From: Cenococcum geophilum
Taxonomy: Eukaryota
DNA length: 64,000 nt
NCBI GenBank assembly: GCA_050273025.1
Contig: CP158635.1
Coordinates: forward strand, 19,654,001 to 19,718,000
Direction: 5' to 3'
Shown piece after piece: positions 13,169 to 26,079 of this stretch. The notes below the pieces were generated by a model. It had not been told where the DNA came from and did no database searches. It worked only from the letters and a program-made list of their open reading frames with translations. Every line of letters starts with the position of its first letter. Positions within the stretch are counted from its first letter, which is position 1. The translations under genes were made by a program, and so were the position numbers.

Positions 13169-16100
13169 CTATAACCTGGCTCTGTTAATATTCATGGCTT
13201 TTCTCCTAGATTTTCCTTTGGCCTTCGCTTTCAGGGCCTCCTCCGACAGCTCTGCAAGTTCCTCTCGCGCCGCCACATCTTCCCATAACTGTTTCCCGAC
13301 GATATCCGCGAGTGCCAGCACGCGTGTCTGTACCGTGGCACCATCCCGCCGATTCTTCCTAAAGCACAGGAACGACATGTTAGCAACCGCCTCTCAGGGA
13401 AGAACAAACAAAGGTGGGGTACAAATGGCAAGGGGACAACTTACCCTTCTCTCCGCGACAGCGATATGAGTTCAGAAAAGGCCCACAGCTTGCCTTGGGC
13501 AAGTATTCTTCCGGTCTTTGGGCAGCGCGTGGGCGTCCACTCATCTGCGAGCCGCAAGGTTGATGGAGTTCGGGAGTCTTTACTCTTGGCCACGAGTATC
13601 ATGCCCTCCTCTTCATACCTTCGGTAGGCGTTCTTAAGAGTCTCTTTGTTTACTGCTTCAAAATACGACAAGTCTCCTTGGTGATAAAGCGTCTTTCCTA
13701 GCTATAATAATTTCATTAGCCTTCCTTAGTCTTCTCCGTCCTCTCTTAAGAAATATTCAACAGTTCGGTCCTTTGATACATCATATGAATATTCAAACAT
13801 ACCAGTTGTGCGCGGTCCTGCACTTTCTTTGAGTCCAACCATATCTCTCCCATCTGGTCAACTAGAGGTGTGAGCATCAAGAGGGACATAGCACCAAGCC
13901 AGCTTGCTTCAATGAATGGCCATATCAGGAAGCAGTAAAAGTCGAAGTTCTCTCGACCACATTCTCTTTCAGCATCGCTCAGCTCGACGAATTCGACTTT
14001 GTTCGGGTCGTCAGTGTTGCGTGTGACTTTAATTACGTTGTCGCTTTCCAGATCTCGAAGAGTCTTTGCGAGATTGACATCTAGCCCTTCGGTGGGAAAG
14101 ATGAACTCTCCTCGGAACAACTGACATATATTAGCTACATATATCATCTCCAATCTCATGATGTCGGCCAACCTGCGAGAGAAAATGAACTTGATCATGG
14201 AGTTCATTGTAAGATATCCTTTGGTTCTCCGGCCCGCCACCAAGTTTGACCTTGGTATACATAGCGGCAGAGACCAGAGCTTGTAATATGAAGAGGTGTA
14301 TTGTCATATTGCGGTAGAAGGAGAGCTGGAACCTGAATACTAATCAGTCCTAGCTTTGAGAACGTCCGTGAACATGAACCAGATTGTCACGACTGGCTAA
14401 GTCAACCGAGCTTACCTGTCCACCGCATAATATGTATCCTCAGGTAATCCTTGGACGAGTCCTACGAGACTAGGCCCAAGGACCTCAAGACCACGTTGGA
14501 CAACTACACTCGTAGGGAGTCCAGCAAAATGCGCTACTCTACCACCCTGGTTACGGATACGTTCGCTGAGCCACTCAACTCTTCTTATCAGCTCTGACTT
14601 GCCAACGCCCCGCCCTCTTAGTGTAAGAAGGACGGTGCCAATTAGCGCCGTAGGCATTACGACAGATACACCGTTGATCTCGGAGAGCACTCTATACCCA
14701 AGCGTTCTGAGTAGTCGAACTCGAGCTTCTTTAGGCTCTAGTTGCTGTGGCAATTGATTAAATCTTTCTTGCTGCTGGTTGATGAAGCCGCGAAGGCTCC
14801 ATGGCTCGTGGAACCGGACATCCACACGACCTAATTTTAGCGACAATACTGATGATGCGGAAAGGAAATCCCTCAAATTCTCTTTCGGTTTTGGTTGCCC
14901 AAGGAGTTCGCTTATATATGAACTGATTGCTACATCAATATTCAGCTCTACGACTCTGGGAGTGTGTACTTACTCGACCTCGATGACTTTATCATACTGT
15001 GTGCTCACGGGACATATTATAGCGTCTCCAACTCGCCCAGATGCTACGCTATCTAAAAGGAAACTAAGGATCCCAAATTTGGGAGGAAGAAGTTTGCCTG
15101 TTCTTGATCGACCGCCCTCTGTTTAAATTAGTATATTGCTCCGAAACAAGCATGCCTGAAACATTTGGCGACATACCTACGAAGCATTCAAAATTATAGC
15201 CATTCTGTAGTAGTGTATCAATGTATGCCTGGACCAATGTGGTATATAACTGATCGTCTCCAAAACTCCGCCGAATCCACATGGCGCCTGGCCTTTGTCA
15301 ACGTGATTCAAATTCAGGTGGAAGTGCCTCGACGAACCTGCATGTTGTAAAAATGACCCAACCAACGGAAAGTTGAGATTGTCACCAGCCACCACTGTGG
15401 GCAGTGCCAACCCTAGTCTATAACATATTATTTGCAACGAAACGTAATCGACGTGAGACCGGTGACAGGGGAGGAAGATGATGGAATGTTTGTCCTTGGC
15501 CGCCTGTTCTGCCACGCCACGGAGGCGGAGGACTTCCTCGCTGGATACGTGAATGCCTAGTCAAGCTGAAAGTCAGCAATGTTTCTATAAGTCGATATGC
15601 TTCTCAATCAGCGTGTTCTAACGGAAGGATCTGGGACTGCTTTCCCCGAACGTAGGGCAGTCTCTAACGCGAACTGACTCGAGACATTCTCCTTTGATAC
15701 TCCAGAACCAGCGAGGATATCCTCAAGTCTCCAGCCTCTTATCCATAAAGTGTCTCTAAGAACTCAACGTATGGCCGCACGTGTAGACTGTGGTTCCGCC
15801 CCTGGTTGCTGGAATGTTTCCAATGGGAGGAAGAGATGCCTCACTCACCCTGATGATACGCCCTCGTCAACAACTGCGTCGCCAAATAATACGCGCCGCG
15901 AATAAACCTCCGACTCTCCATCTTGCATATCATCTCATCGACCAACTTCTCCGCAACCTCCATCACGCTCTCCCTAATCTCGCCCCTCCTCCTCTCCCTT
16001 TCCACTTCCCCGTCTCCCCCCTGCCCCAACACCCCCTCTTTACTCTCGACCTCGACCCTCCTCCCCGCAAGCTCCTCGACCTTCGCCACCAGCATCGGAC

Positions 16101-16389
16101 TCCGCAGCACCAGCCCCTTCATGCGCTCGCTGAACCCGGCGTAGAAAATCGGCTGCCCGACCACGTTCTCGTAGCTCCGCCAGCCGGATCCGGAAACGTG
16201 CAGCGAGATCTCGCGCAGGAAGTCCAGCGGCGCGGTGCGGAAGCGCGCCATCCGCCCCACGAGGTTGCGTTCGGGCGGCGGGGCGTGCGGCAGCTCGGTG
16301 TAGCCCGCCGCGTGCAGGTGCATGGCGTCGTCGGCGAGGATGGCGAGGTCCGGGGCGGTAGGGGAGGGCGGAGGCGGTTTGGACGGCAT
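13169..16389 (-). CDS. Glycerol-3-phosphate / dihydroxyacetone-phosphate O-acyltransferase (GPAT/DHAPAT family), multi-exon
   Basis: Exon ORFs 15841-16389, 15177-15515 (FLPCHRSHVDY, HxxxxD motif; AGDNL), 15064-15282, EGGRSRTGK (~15090-15120), 14412-14876, 13746-14243, 13441-13671 and 13169-13378. C-terminus -ARL. Confidence 0.9.
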
Positions 16390-17677
16390 GGTGGTGGGCG
16401 ATGGTGGGTCGGTGGATGGCGGTGGTGGGCGTGGACGTGCGGGCTTTCGTGGTGTTTTCGTGGAACCAAACCACCCTCCGGAGCGTGGATTCTCGAGGTG
16501 CGTCGGTGGTGGTTAGGGGAGCTAACGGGTTCGATCAGCGCGGCTGGAGCGGCACGGCCATCGCAATCCAAGCTTCTCTTCGAGGAATTGGACGTGCTGG
16601 ATTACTCTGGGGTTGTTGAAAGTTGGAAATCGAAAGGGGAGAGGGTTAGACGGCTGGGCTCGGGGTCGCTGTTTATGTCATTTAACCGAGCTTCTCCTGG
16701 GGATCAGCATCGTGGGGCAAACCCGTTGGTCGAGCAGTTGTAGCCGAGTGCTCTGCGGGGAGAGAAATGAGGCCTCTGCGCGACGCCACAACCTAATTTA
16801 TAGTAGGCTTTGGGTTTTTAGGTAAGTGCTTTGTTAATTTGGGACGCGACGATGGTAGGTTCATTCAATTGAATTCTACGTCTCTCTGAAGCATACTAAT
16901 TTGAGTGTATAGCTATTCCTCTCTGCGTGCAAAGCTTCGATAAACCTTTCACAAGCACCTAGCCGCATCATGTGTTATCGCTTTCACATGTCTGTTCAGG
17001 GATTGGGTTCAAGGGTGGGGTAGGATGTGACTTTCTCCATAACAATTACCTTATAAGATGGTAAATTATCGTACTGCTATTTTCCATGTTAAATAACACT
17101 CAGTGTAATTTCGCGAAATCAAGTTGGTCCATTGGATCTTAGGGGTATAATCCGTATTGTCACCCTTCGCCAAGATGGCGCTATCTAACGATCGCAGAAT
17201 TCGTCAAGATCACAGTTCCACAGCCTCTAGGGTAGGCATACCAGAGAGAAATTTCCTACGCCGTTCTTGATAAGTCCGCATAATCGTAAATAGCATAAAG
17301 GAAAAATATATGCTAGAAACGAATCCTAGACAACGCGCAGATGATTCTCATACGGTTCTCAACACATCCATTCAACCGTAAAAGGAGGAGGGTAAACTAA
17401 AATGTAGTAGGAGGCTAAAAATGTGGAGAACCTGCAGAGGATTTTTGCATGCCGTCTTTGCTAAACCCATAAAGCCACAAGAATAATATGATAGAAGGGA
17501 GGTGCGTCTAGGCAGCAAGCGAGCTAGGTTGGGAAAGACAGGATGTTCGTGCAGCCGCCCGTCATGCAAAATATAATCATAGTACAGCATCTTGCCCGTT
17601 TCAATACTAGCTGACTCCGTTAAGGCAATGGGTATTAAAATTCGAATATCAAAAATTGCAGCCAATGACTGGCTCCA

Positions 17678-19786
17678 TCAATAAGTAAAATGGGTGTGGT
17701 GGGAAATCGGATTCGGCGCTACGTAGTACGATTGGTAAGGATGCTGAGGCATCGTGAAATCAGCAGTAGCGAGAAGAGGATTTAGAATCCCAACAGGCGG
17801 ACGAGATCTGGTGGGAGGTGCAGGAGGTAGTGATGTAGCCGGTAGAGGCTGAAGAGTTACTTGAGGTTGTAACACTTGTTGCTGATATTGCAGGTTCGCG
17901 GTGTTCTGCATATTCGTTGCTAGAGTTTGCTGTTGGGGCTGCGGGTCATCATTCCAGCCCCACCTCTCCTTCAGCTCGGTGTTAAGGAATCCAACTCGCC
18001 ATCCGGTTTCCTGTCGAATTTTGTCGAAGATCTGCAATACCTCTTCTTGCTCTCGGCGAGATGTCAAACATTCAGCGGCAATGGCTAGAGATCGGAGAGC
18101 CACACTTGCAACACCCCTATATCCAAGTCAGCAGTTTCCCTTGTTGCTGTGGAATGAGTACATACCGATCCTTGACGTGGGCGGTGATTCCGCATATTTG
18201 CTGTGAATGTCGATGTTGCAGTTCTCGCATCTCTTCGACATCTGGTGACATGATTGGATTTATTTGAGCCAAAAGGCACATGGCAGTATGATAGAAGAGC
18301 CGCGCCACGATGGTGGTTCTCTTTATCAACCAAACTTCAGGAAATGCTGATCCCGAAATTGTTTGGCCTGGATAGAGATACGCCATTGGGTGCATTGTCC
18401 GGGGAATGTTTTCATTCCAGGCATCCGCCCAGTCCTTTAGCCGCTTCCACTCATTATAGCGATTTTGCAATCGTATTTGTTCGTTGCGAGGAGATGATTC
18501 TTGGAATCTTGGGATCGAGGCACGAAAGTTCGCAATCTTAGCCACGATGTATACAATTCGGTATGTCCAGATCTCCTCTCTACCAGATTCCGTCTCCCGT
18601 GAAAAGTCCATGTCAACACCCCAGTCGTCGGGATCCCAAGCGACCTGCCAGTTAAAGTGGAGACAGCTCAGGAGTTCCATGCCAACATTCAACCAGAAAC
18701 AAGCAGACCCAATTCCGGTCGACCTTGCGTTCCACCCACACTCCTTGATTAACGCACGGGCACCTGCGATGTGGTTCATCCGCTGGAGAGCTTTTTCGCA
18801 CATAATCTCGTATACATTTAAAATGACTGCAGTTGTCGCACAAATTACGGTGTCCCGATTTGGATTTTGAAGCGAATTAAGCAGATACCTGGTCGCAGTA
18901 TCGTAGTAGTGCAGCGCTTTGTCTTCGGTATACTTTGGATTGACGAGTGATAAATGGCGTGCGCCACATGCCAAGAAAGCGTTGAGGAGCATGGGCTCGC
19001 CAAGGGCATGAAACGGCAAAAGTCGCGAGAACTGAAATTCTTTAGCAACATTACTCAACGGAAGATGAAATGGATATTTGGTCATACGTGTTTCATCGGG
19101 TCCATGCTGTCCATCCAAAGACCCACTTCTTCGACAAATACTTGCATGAACAGGACTTCTTCTTGAGTATCGAGATAATCACGTGCGCCCTCTGCTGGTG
19201 TCGTGTTCTGCTCGGGATTGCCATATGAGGAAGAGCCTCCCTGTATATTGGATCCGGAGTATGTCGATTCCGTATGGGAATGTGCATGTTGATGCGATGG
19301 CTCTCTATGGGTCTCATAAATGAGATTATGCTGTTCCTCGGGATACGGATCGGGTAAAATTCCCTGTATGGGTGGTAGCGGCTGGTGCGCCACAGATGTT
19401 GGAGGTGGCACGTTGGTTGAAAAGTCGAACGAAAGACTATTGTCTATTTGAGCAGTTGGTTCGATTTCCAGGACACCGTACTTGCTCAAACCGCCTTTGT
19501 ATTCGTTGGCAATCTCTCTAGACTCGTCCAGAAAGCTGACTGTCCATTCCTGGGTGGGTGGCACCACTGGCGGGGCCTGAACTTGCGTATCGATAAAATT
19601 GAGTCTGATGCCGCGCTTGCATACACGATTGGACTTGCGACAATTCTGGCAATTTGGGAGTGCTTCGTCACACTTCAAATGCCTCTCTCTGCAAGTCAGA
19701 CACCCTGTGCGCACTCTCTTTGGCTTGTTAACGGGCTGAACGCCGTCAGCAACCGTGGTATTGCCTCCAGCATCACTGCCTGCCAT
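17678..19786 (-). CDS. Zn(II)2Cys6 transcription factor with fungal-specific C-terminal domain (Moc3-like)
   Basis: KRVRTGCLTCRERHLKCDEALPNCQNCRKSNRVC. Exons within ORFs 19082-20299, 18117-19118 and 17678-18103 are joined by GT-AG introns. Start taken at MAGSDAGG (19786); an upstream start is possible. Confidence 0.9.
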
Positions 19787-22075
19787 GCCTGCTCCCTTTT
19801 GTCCGCTGACTGTGCTTTTGCGTGACTGTTCAACCCGTTGTCCTTGCTTGAGCTTCTTAACTGGCCGTGGGTTTGATCCTGAGCTGCGGCTCCTCTTTTC
19901 TGGAAGACGTAGGATCTGATCGTCGACGAGAGTTAAATCCGAAGCGGTCGAAGGCGATACTCCAGGATCTTGCGCATAGAGGTAAGTAAAGTCCAAAGAG
20001 GGCTGGAGAAACCCCGGTTGTTCGATTGTAGCCGCCAGGATGAAGGATTGCCGAAGATTAGGACTAGAGCTCGTTCGGTTTTGTGCACGGTAGGCACGTT
20101 GGTTCGAAGCTGTTTGGTCGGACTGAAGGTCGCATCTACGACTGTAGGCGATAATCTGTAGAGGAGTCTGAATGGTGCGCAAGGTAAGTTGCTGCTGTAA
20201 GTATACTAATGTGGCGAGTTGTGGTAAGCCGTGCTGCCGGTTGAGACGGGTGCTGAGAGCGGCCAAGAAGCTCAAAAAAGCGGAGATTAATGTGAGCAAT
20301 TAGCCACAGAGTTTTGCTTCAACGGCGAATCGTTATTGCTCAACTGTGGTGCGCAGAGTTGGTCTAGAGTCTTAGCCGTCGACTAGGTTCGGTTGTAAGA
20401 GGGGCAACTCGAAGCGGCGCTGTCGATCGGAGGGAGCGAATTACGCTTGTCTTTTGAGAATAGTCCACGGGACTGGGTGGCTGAAGTAATAATGGCAGAT
20501 GAGGGCCAGAATTGAAGTCGGAGGTACGAGCGGGGGTCAAACAAGGTTGTCTGGATGATGGACGAGGTAGAGAAACGTCAGGCTTTGAGCGAACGCTAAC
20601 GCCAATCTAAGATGCGATAATGCGGTAAGAGGCGGGCTGGGAGGTCGCTGCGCTGAGAAGAGGGGAGCACAGAGCCTATTCAGACTCTTCCACACGGCTG
20701 ATCCACCGCGGGGGTTTCTGGAGGGCAGGGAGATGGAGAGTGAGTGCCCTCAGTAGATAACGATTCCAGGTTCCGGGCGGCAGCAGCAGCATGTCATGGG
20801 AGGGCGATCGCAGCCAAAACGCCTGCAGGCCTGCAAGGGGTTGCCGACAGCGTGATATCAGGGTGAAAATGGAAATCAAAGACCAGCAGCGGGACAGCAG
20901 GCAAGAACGGTAAACGGGTCTGCGAGCCGTGGGCGACGCCAAACATATAATTAATTCTATGCTATTTACTAGCTGCTAGCTGCTGTCTGAATTCACAGCA
21001 CTTGACCTCTCCTCTTTGGGTTGATGCAGCCGTTTTGTTGCACAGTCTGCGGCCGACACAGCCTCTTCTGTATCAACGAGGGGTTGCGCGACAAGGGGAT
21101 AATAACGGGTCTCGATCAACTCCAAGAATGTCCCAAGAATGTCCAAGCCGGGGGCGTTTTCCGCGGGCTGCCATCTGGCAGGTTTGGGAAGGTTTGGGAG
21201 TCCAGCGCCTCTTCAGTTCGGAGCCCATGTCAGCGCGCAGCAGTCCGGCTGTCAGTGGCTGCGGACCCCTGGGCGGACGGTAATGATGCTGGATGACTGG
21301 CAGCAGGCGGGCCAATGGGGCGCCCCAGCCGGCAAGCGTCGCAGGAGGGGATGCTGCACAGTCGACAAATCTTGTCTTGCTGGGAGAATAAGCTACCCAC
21401 CTAAAATAGACCAGGCGTCCGACGGCTTAATATACCGGCAAAGATTGCCTCGAGTCGGCTGCCCTTTCCCAGCATGAGGGATCCTACTACTGCATTGACG
21501 AGATGGCAGCGTCCGGGCCGCTGGAGTTGATATAGTCGTGGTAGCATCAGCGCAATTATCAAAACACCTGCCCGAAGCTGTATCCTCCATCGCTTGAGGA
21601 CAACGATGAGGAAGAGTGGAAAAAGCAGAGAAGAATGCGAAGACCCCCCAGCTCGTCGTAAGATACGACCGTCATCGCGCAGAAGTTTGGCCGCTCTATT
21701 CTATTCATAGCACATTCAAAAGCAGACACCGCGCTCTTCAGGATAACCATTCATTAAATTAGCCAAAACCGGGACGGCGGGCAGTGCACACCTGTCACGT
21801 ATCCGTTTCCAGCGCAGCTGCCTTGGGCCTTGGAGAGAGTCCCAGCGCTACGAAAGACTCGCTGAAGGCCCCGACGCCCAAGACTCCTACCGCTGCCGTG
21901 TGCCCGTGCAGCCGTGAATCCGCCTGCACGTCCCCATCCGCCCCCAAGTGCCACTCCATGCCGTCGATCTCATCTCGGTCCGGATTGCCTCTCCTGACGA
22001 CCTCCACCGAGATAATAATTGTGGGAGTGCTTGTGCGCGCGGTGGTGCCCGCGCCGTGCTCATCCCGTCGTGGCC

Positions 22076-23994
22076 ATGGCTTCCGACATACAGTCCTCAA
22101 CTTTACCGCCAGCTCAGCCCGCCTACGTCTTCCGCGGTCACGCTGCCCATGTGCACAGCGTCCAATTCGTGCGCCAGAACAGTAGGTTGCTAACTGGCGA
22201 TGCCGATGGCTACATCGTTTTGTGGAATCTTGCTTCAAAACGGCCCGTGGCCGTGTGGCAGGCGCACGATGCAGCAATTCTGGGGTTTGCAGAATGGGAG
22301 CCTGACAGGATAATAACGTAAGTATTACACTCTCAATCATTCTCCCACAAATACATAGTTCAGAACCCTTCATCTGGTAACAGAGGCGAGTCATCATGAT
22401 TTATTCTTGAACTTAACATTCATGCCCCGTCTTCTTCAATCGGACACGTCTCGGTTTGATCTCCGTCTCTGGGCCAAGTTTAGAACATCGCAACAATCTA
22501 TCTTGGGCTGCGTCGAGAAGTCCCGAGCCTGTGGAGACTGATATATTGCGATTGCCAAATATAGACATGGGCGTGACAATTCTCTTAAAGTCTGGCAACT
22601 CCGCGCCTCAGAAGAAGAACGCTTTTCGATCATACCTCCTACAGATGGTGTATCAACACATCGACCCCAGCCATGGCTACTGCACTCCCTTGCGGTGAAC
22701 ACCCTGAACTTTTGTGCCTTCTCCATGTGCCTTGAAAGGCCTGCATGCAAGCCACTGCAGAAGCAAGGCACGATAAACGAGCAAGCAACGGCACACAATG
22801 GCGCCACCAACTCTATCCTCGTGGCAGTTCCTGCAACAGAAGACAAGAAGGTTGATATATTCCAAATTCCTAGCGAGCAAAGAATATACACCGTTCCGCG
22901 TGTACCGTCAACCAATACAGGTGAGCATACTCTCTTTTAAGCTCTCGCAATTCCAGCGTTTTCCTACCAATTCAAAATTTGCGGTTGAGGAAAATATTGT
23001 TATTATACTTTCTTTACAAATTTCTTCTGAAAGGAGCAGAAAAGACGATGCTCGGAAATAGTAGCCACTGTCATTCCAATGGCTAGCATTCAGTCGCTAA
23101 TTACCCGCAGGCATGGTAATGGTCCTGAAACTCCTATACCACACACCCCAACACCTACTTCTAGTCGCTGGATACGAAAGCGGCCATACGGCAGTTCATC
23201 AGCTAGGCTGCACTAAGCCCAGTAGCCCTCAGCCGACGTGGTACAACATTTATCTCAGCCAGCCCCACGCTCAGCCCATCCTTTCCCTAGACGTTTCACC
23301 AGATGTAAAGACTTACTTCACATCCTCAGCCGACGCCATCATAGCCGCCCACCACATCCCTAATCCAGTTACTCTAGATCAAGGGACAAACGGCCCGGCA
23401 GCGCCGTCTATTACTTCAGTCTCATCCTCAACCACATCCCCCTCAATCCCATCTACCTCCTTCGCAGCAAATCCATCTGCCTCCGCTCTTCCGTCTACAC
23501 CCGCGCCATCCGTCCTCTCCGCCACTCCGGCCCCCCCCACGGCTTCGAACCTAATATCTATCCCCGCACAACTAAACCCCATCCAGCCTTCCCAACCTTT
23601 CAAACTTGCGAATACCAAACACGCGGGCCAGCAATCTTTACGCATCCGTTCCGACTCTCGTATCCTCGCTACCGCCGGCTGGGATGGTCGTGTGCGCGTC
23701 TACTCTACGAAAACCTTGACCGAACTCGCAGTGTTGAAATGGCACAGGGTTGGCGTGTACACCGTCGACTTTGCAGACATTTCAGTTGGAGCAGCGCCGA
23801 AAGATATATCTATGCATACAGAAGGAGAGGGGATTGATGCAATCACGACAAAGGGTGTGGGCGTCGGAGATGTGGACAGAGTCGAGGATTTTATGAAGAG
23901 GTTGGAGCGGCAGAGGGAGGAAAAGGTACGTGAGAAGCATTGGATTGTGGCCGGGGGAAAGGACGGAAAGGTTTCGCTGTGGGAGATCTATTGA
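22076..23994 (+). CDS. ASA1: ASTRA-associated protein 1-like WD40 protein, 4 exons likely
   Basis: PPAQPAYVFRGHAAHVHSVQFVRQNSRLLTGDADG..AHDAAILGF; VNTLNFCAFS; LVAGYESG; HAGQQSLRIRSDSRILATAGWDGRVRVYS; WIVAGGKDGKVSLWEIY. Confidence 0.85.
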
Positions 23995-24407
23995 ATGGGA
24001 CTACCAGATGATAGGCATACTTGTAGGATAGAAGGTAAGAAATCGGCATGGGCAACCATTAGGGATGTGCAGCTATTTAGAGAGATTTGTATGATATTTT
24101 GGCGTTTTCCAAAACTGCTTTCATACTTCCATCGCTACTCACCATATCGACTACAAGGAGTGCCTCATGACCATATGTGATGCAGCCGTTCTATTACTGC
24201 CTCTAGAGAGACACTCTAAATTGCTACGATTTTTCTCTACCTTCGAGCAGTTCAATAACGGACTTTGAACCCTCCTATCCAGACAATCCGCTCCTCTTTA
24301 GTATGCTACCTATGTGACGGCGCACAAGTAAATGCTACGGATATAGACAGCGCTCTTGCGAGCAAATGGTATCTCAAATGCTCAACTTTAAATCCTCCCA
24401 CCTCTAC

Positions 24408-25562
24408 TCACTCAACAGGCTTCAGGATAATATTATCAATCAACCTAACTGCAATCATCCCATCCCCCACCCCGCAATCCTCGCCCTGCTGCGGCTCCTC
24501 CACAGGCATCATCTTAATCGCCCCACTCAGAATAGCCCCCCGCTTCTCATCGACCTCCTCAACCTCCTCCATGGTGTCGGGATCAGCGAGCGAAAGATAA
24601 TCAACCTCGAACCGCGCCCTCCTCCCCGGCGCCAGTTCCTCCTGTTCCGCCGCCACGCGGTCCGCGTGCTCGTTCGCCGGCCACAGGATATCCCCCCTGC
24701 TCCTCTTCCCCTTCGCATACTGCTCCTCAGCGCGCCGCAGCGCATGCGACAGCACAGTCGCGACAGCGCGCCGCCGGGCGCCCAGATACACGTTCCGCGA
24801 GCTCATGGCCAGCCCGTCGGCCTCGCGCCGCGTCGCCCCGATCCGCACCTCCGTCCCGAGATGGAAGTCCCGAACCAGCCGGCGGATCACGACGGTCTGC
24901 TGGACGTCCTTCTGGCCGAAGTAGACGCGCTCGGGGGTGCAGATGCTGAATAGCTTCATGCACACGGTCGCGACGCCGCGGAAGAAGACGGGCCGCGACG
25001 CGCCCTCGAGCAGGCTGCCGACCGGCGTGATCGTCACGAAGCTGCCGCGGCCCGGCAGCGACGAGTCCGGGGGCAGAGTTGGGTACATGGCCTTGGTCGT
25101 CGGCGCGAAGACGGCGGAGATCCGCCCCGCGCCGGGCGTGCTGGCGAGCGAGGCGTCGAGGCTCGCTAGCTGCGCCATGTCGGCGTCCCAGGTCTTCGGG
25201 TAGGAGTCTAGGTCTTCGTTTAGCCCGAACTGCGTTGGGTTCACGTAGATGCTGATGAAGACGTCGCTGTTTTCTTGCGCGGCTTGCCGCACCAAACTTA
25301 GGTGTCCTTCGTGCAGCGCTCCCATGGTGGGCACGAGACCCACGGTGCGGTTGGATAGGAGCAGCGAGCGTCGGTATTGCCGGAGGAGTGGGACGTCTCT
25401 AAAGATTTGGGTGGTGGGGGAGGCGGAGGAGGCGCGGTTAGGGGTTGTGGAGAGGTAGCGGCGGGTAGATAGCACTGCAAACTATTAGTATCTGAAGCCA
25501 ATGGATTGTTTCTGGGGAGCTATACCCCTAAGGCTCCGCAGGGTGTGGAGCTTGGTGGCCAT
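24408..25562 (-). CDS. PAN6: Pantoate-beta-alanine ligase (pantothenate synthetase) with likely mitochondrial presequence
   Basis: VPTMGALHEGH (HIGH-like), VNPTQF, FGQKD, GLAMSSRN and RLIDN motifs. Short exon 1 MATKLHTLRSLR splices in frame to ORF 24408-25475. Confidence 0.93.
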
Positions 25563-26079
25563 GGTGTTTTGTGGGGATGCAGCTGGCGGGTTTGCTTTAG
25601 GCTGCGGGATGGCTTTGGGGTGGAAGAGTGAGGACCGCCTCTCCTCTTAGATGCCTGGAGGAAGATGAGCTGACGGAGAAGGCCATTTCGTGAGCAGAGC
25701 GGAGTTTGGTCGTGGTGGTCTTCATTCTTCGCCGAAAAATCCATCACCGGAACACGCTCCAGAGTAATTTATCAGCCATTTAGATTAGGAGTGAGTGAAG
25801 GCACAACACCTCATGCATACCATCTCTTGAAAAATATTTCCCACCTCTAGGCCAGAGCCATTATTCTCAGGTTTAAACTCATAAAAAGCTCCCCAAATAG
25901 AACTAGTTCTGGTCCCAAAAGCTCAGCCGCCGCCTAGGGTTCGCCAGCTGGAGGTGGCTGATACCACTGTGGCTAAGTCCGTTTTTTTCTTTAAATGCAT
26001 GTCTTCCAACTAGTGCAATGCACTTGGCATTTCTTTTCATTTCATTTCCTTCCTGACTTCTGTAGGTGCCATTAGAGTT

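Noticed and set aside
15790..16743. 317-aa plus-strand ORF and other overlapping ORFs
   Set aside because: Antisense shadow of the GC-rich first exon of the acyltransferase; no recognisable domain.
19787..20299. N-terminal extension of the Zn2Cys6 ORF
   Set aside because: It opens at a non-ATG codon and has no recognisable features; treated as 5' UTR or intron pending transcript data.
21002..22397. Cluster of 60-200-aa ORFs between the transcription factor and ASA1
   Set aside because: No motifs, mutually overlapping, GC-rich divergent promoter/UTR region; not supportable as genes.
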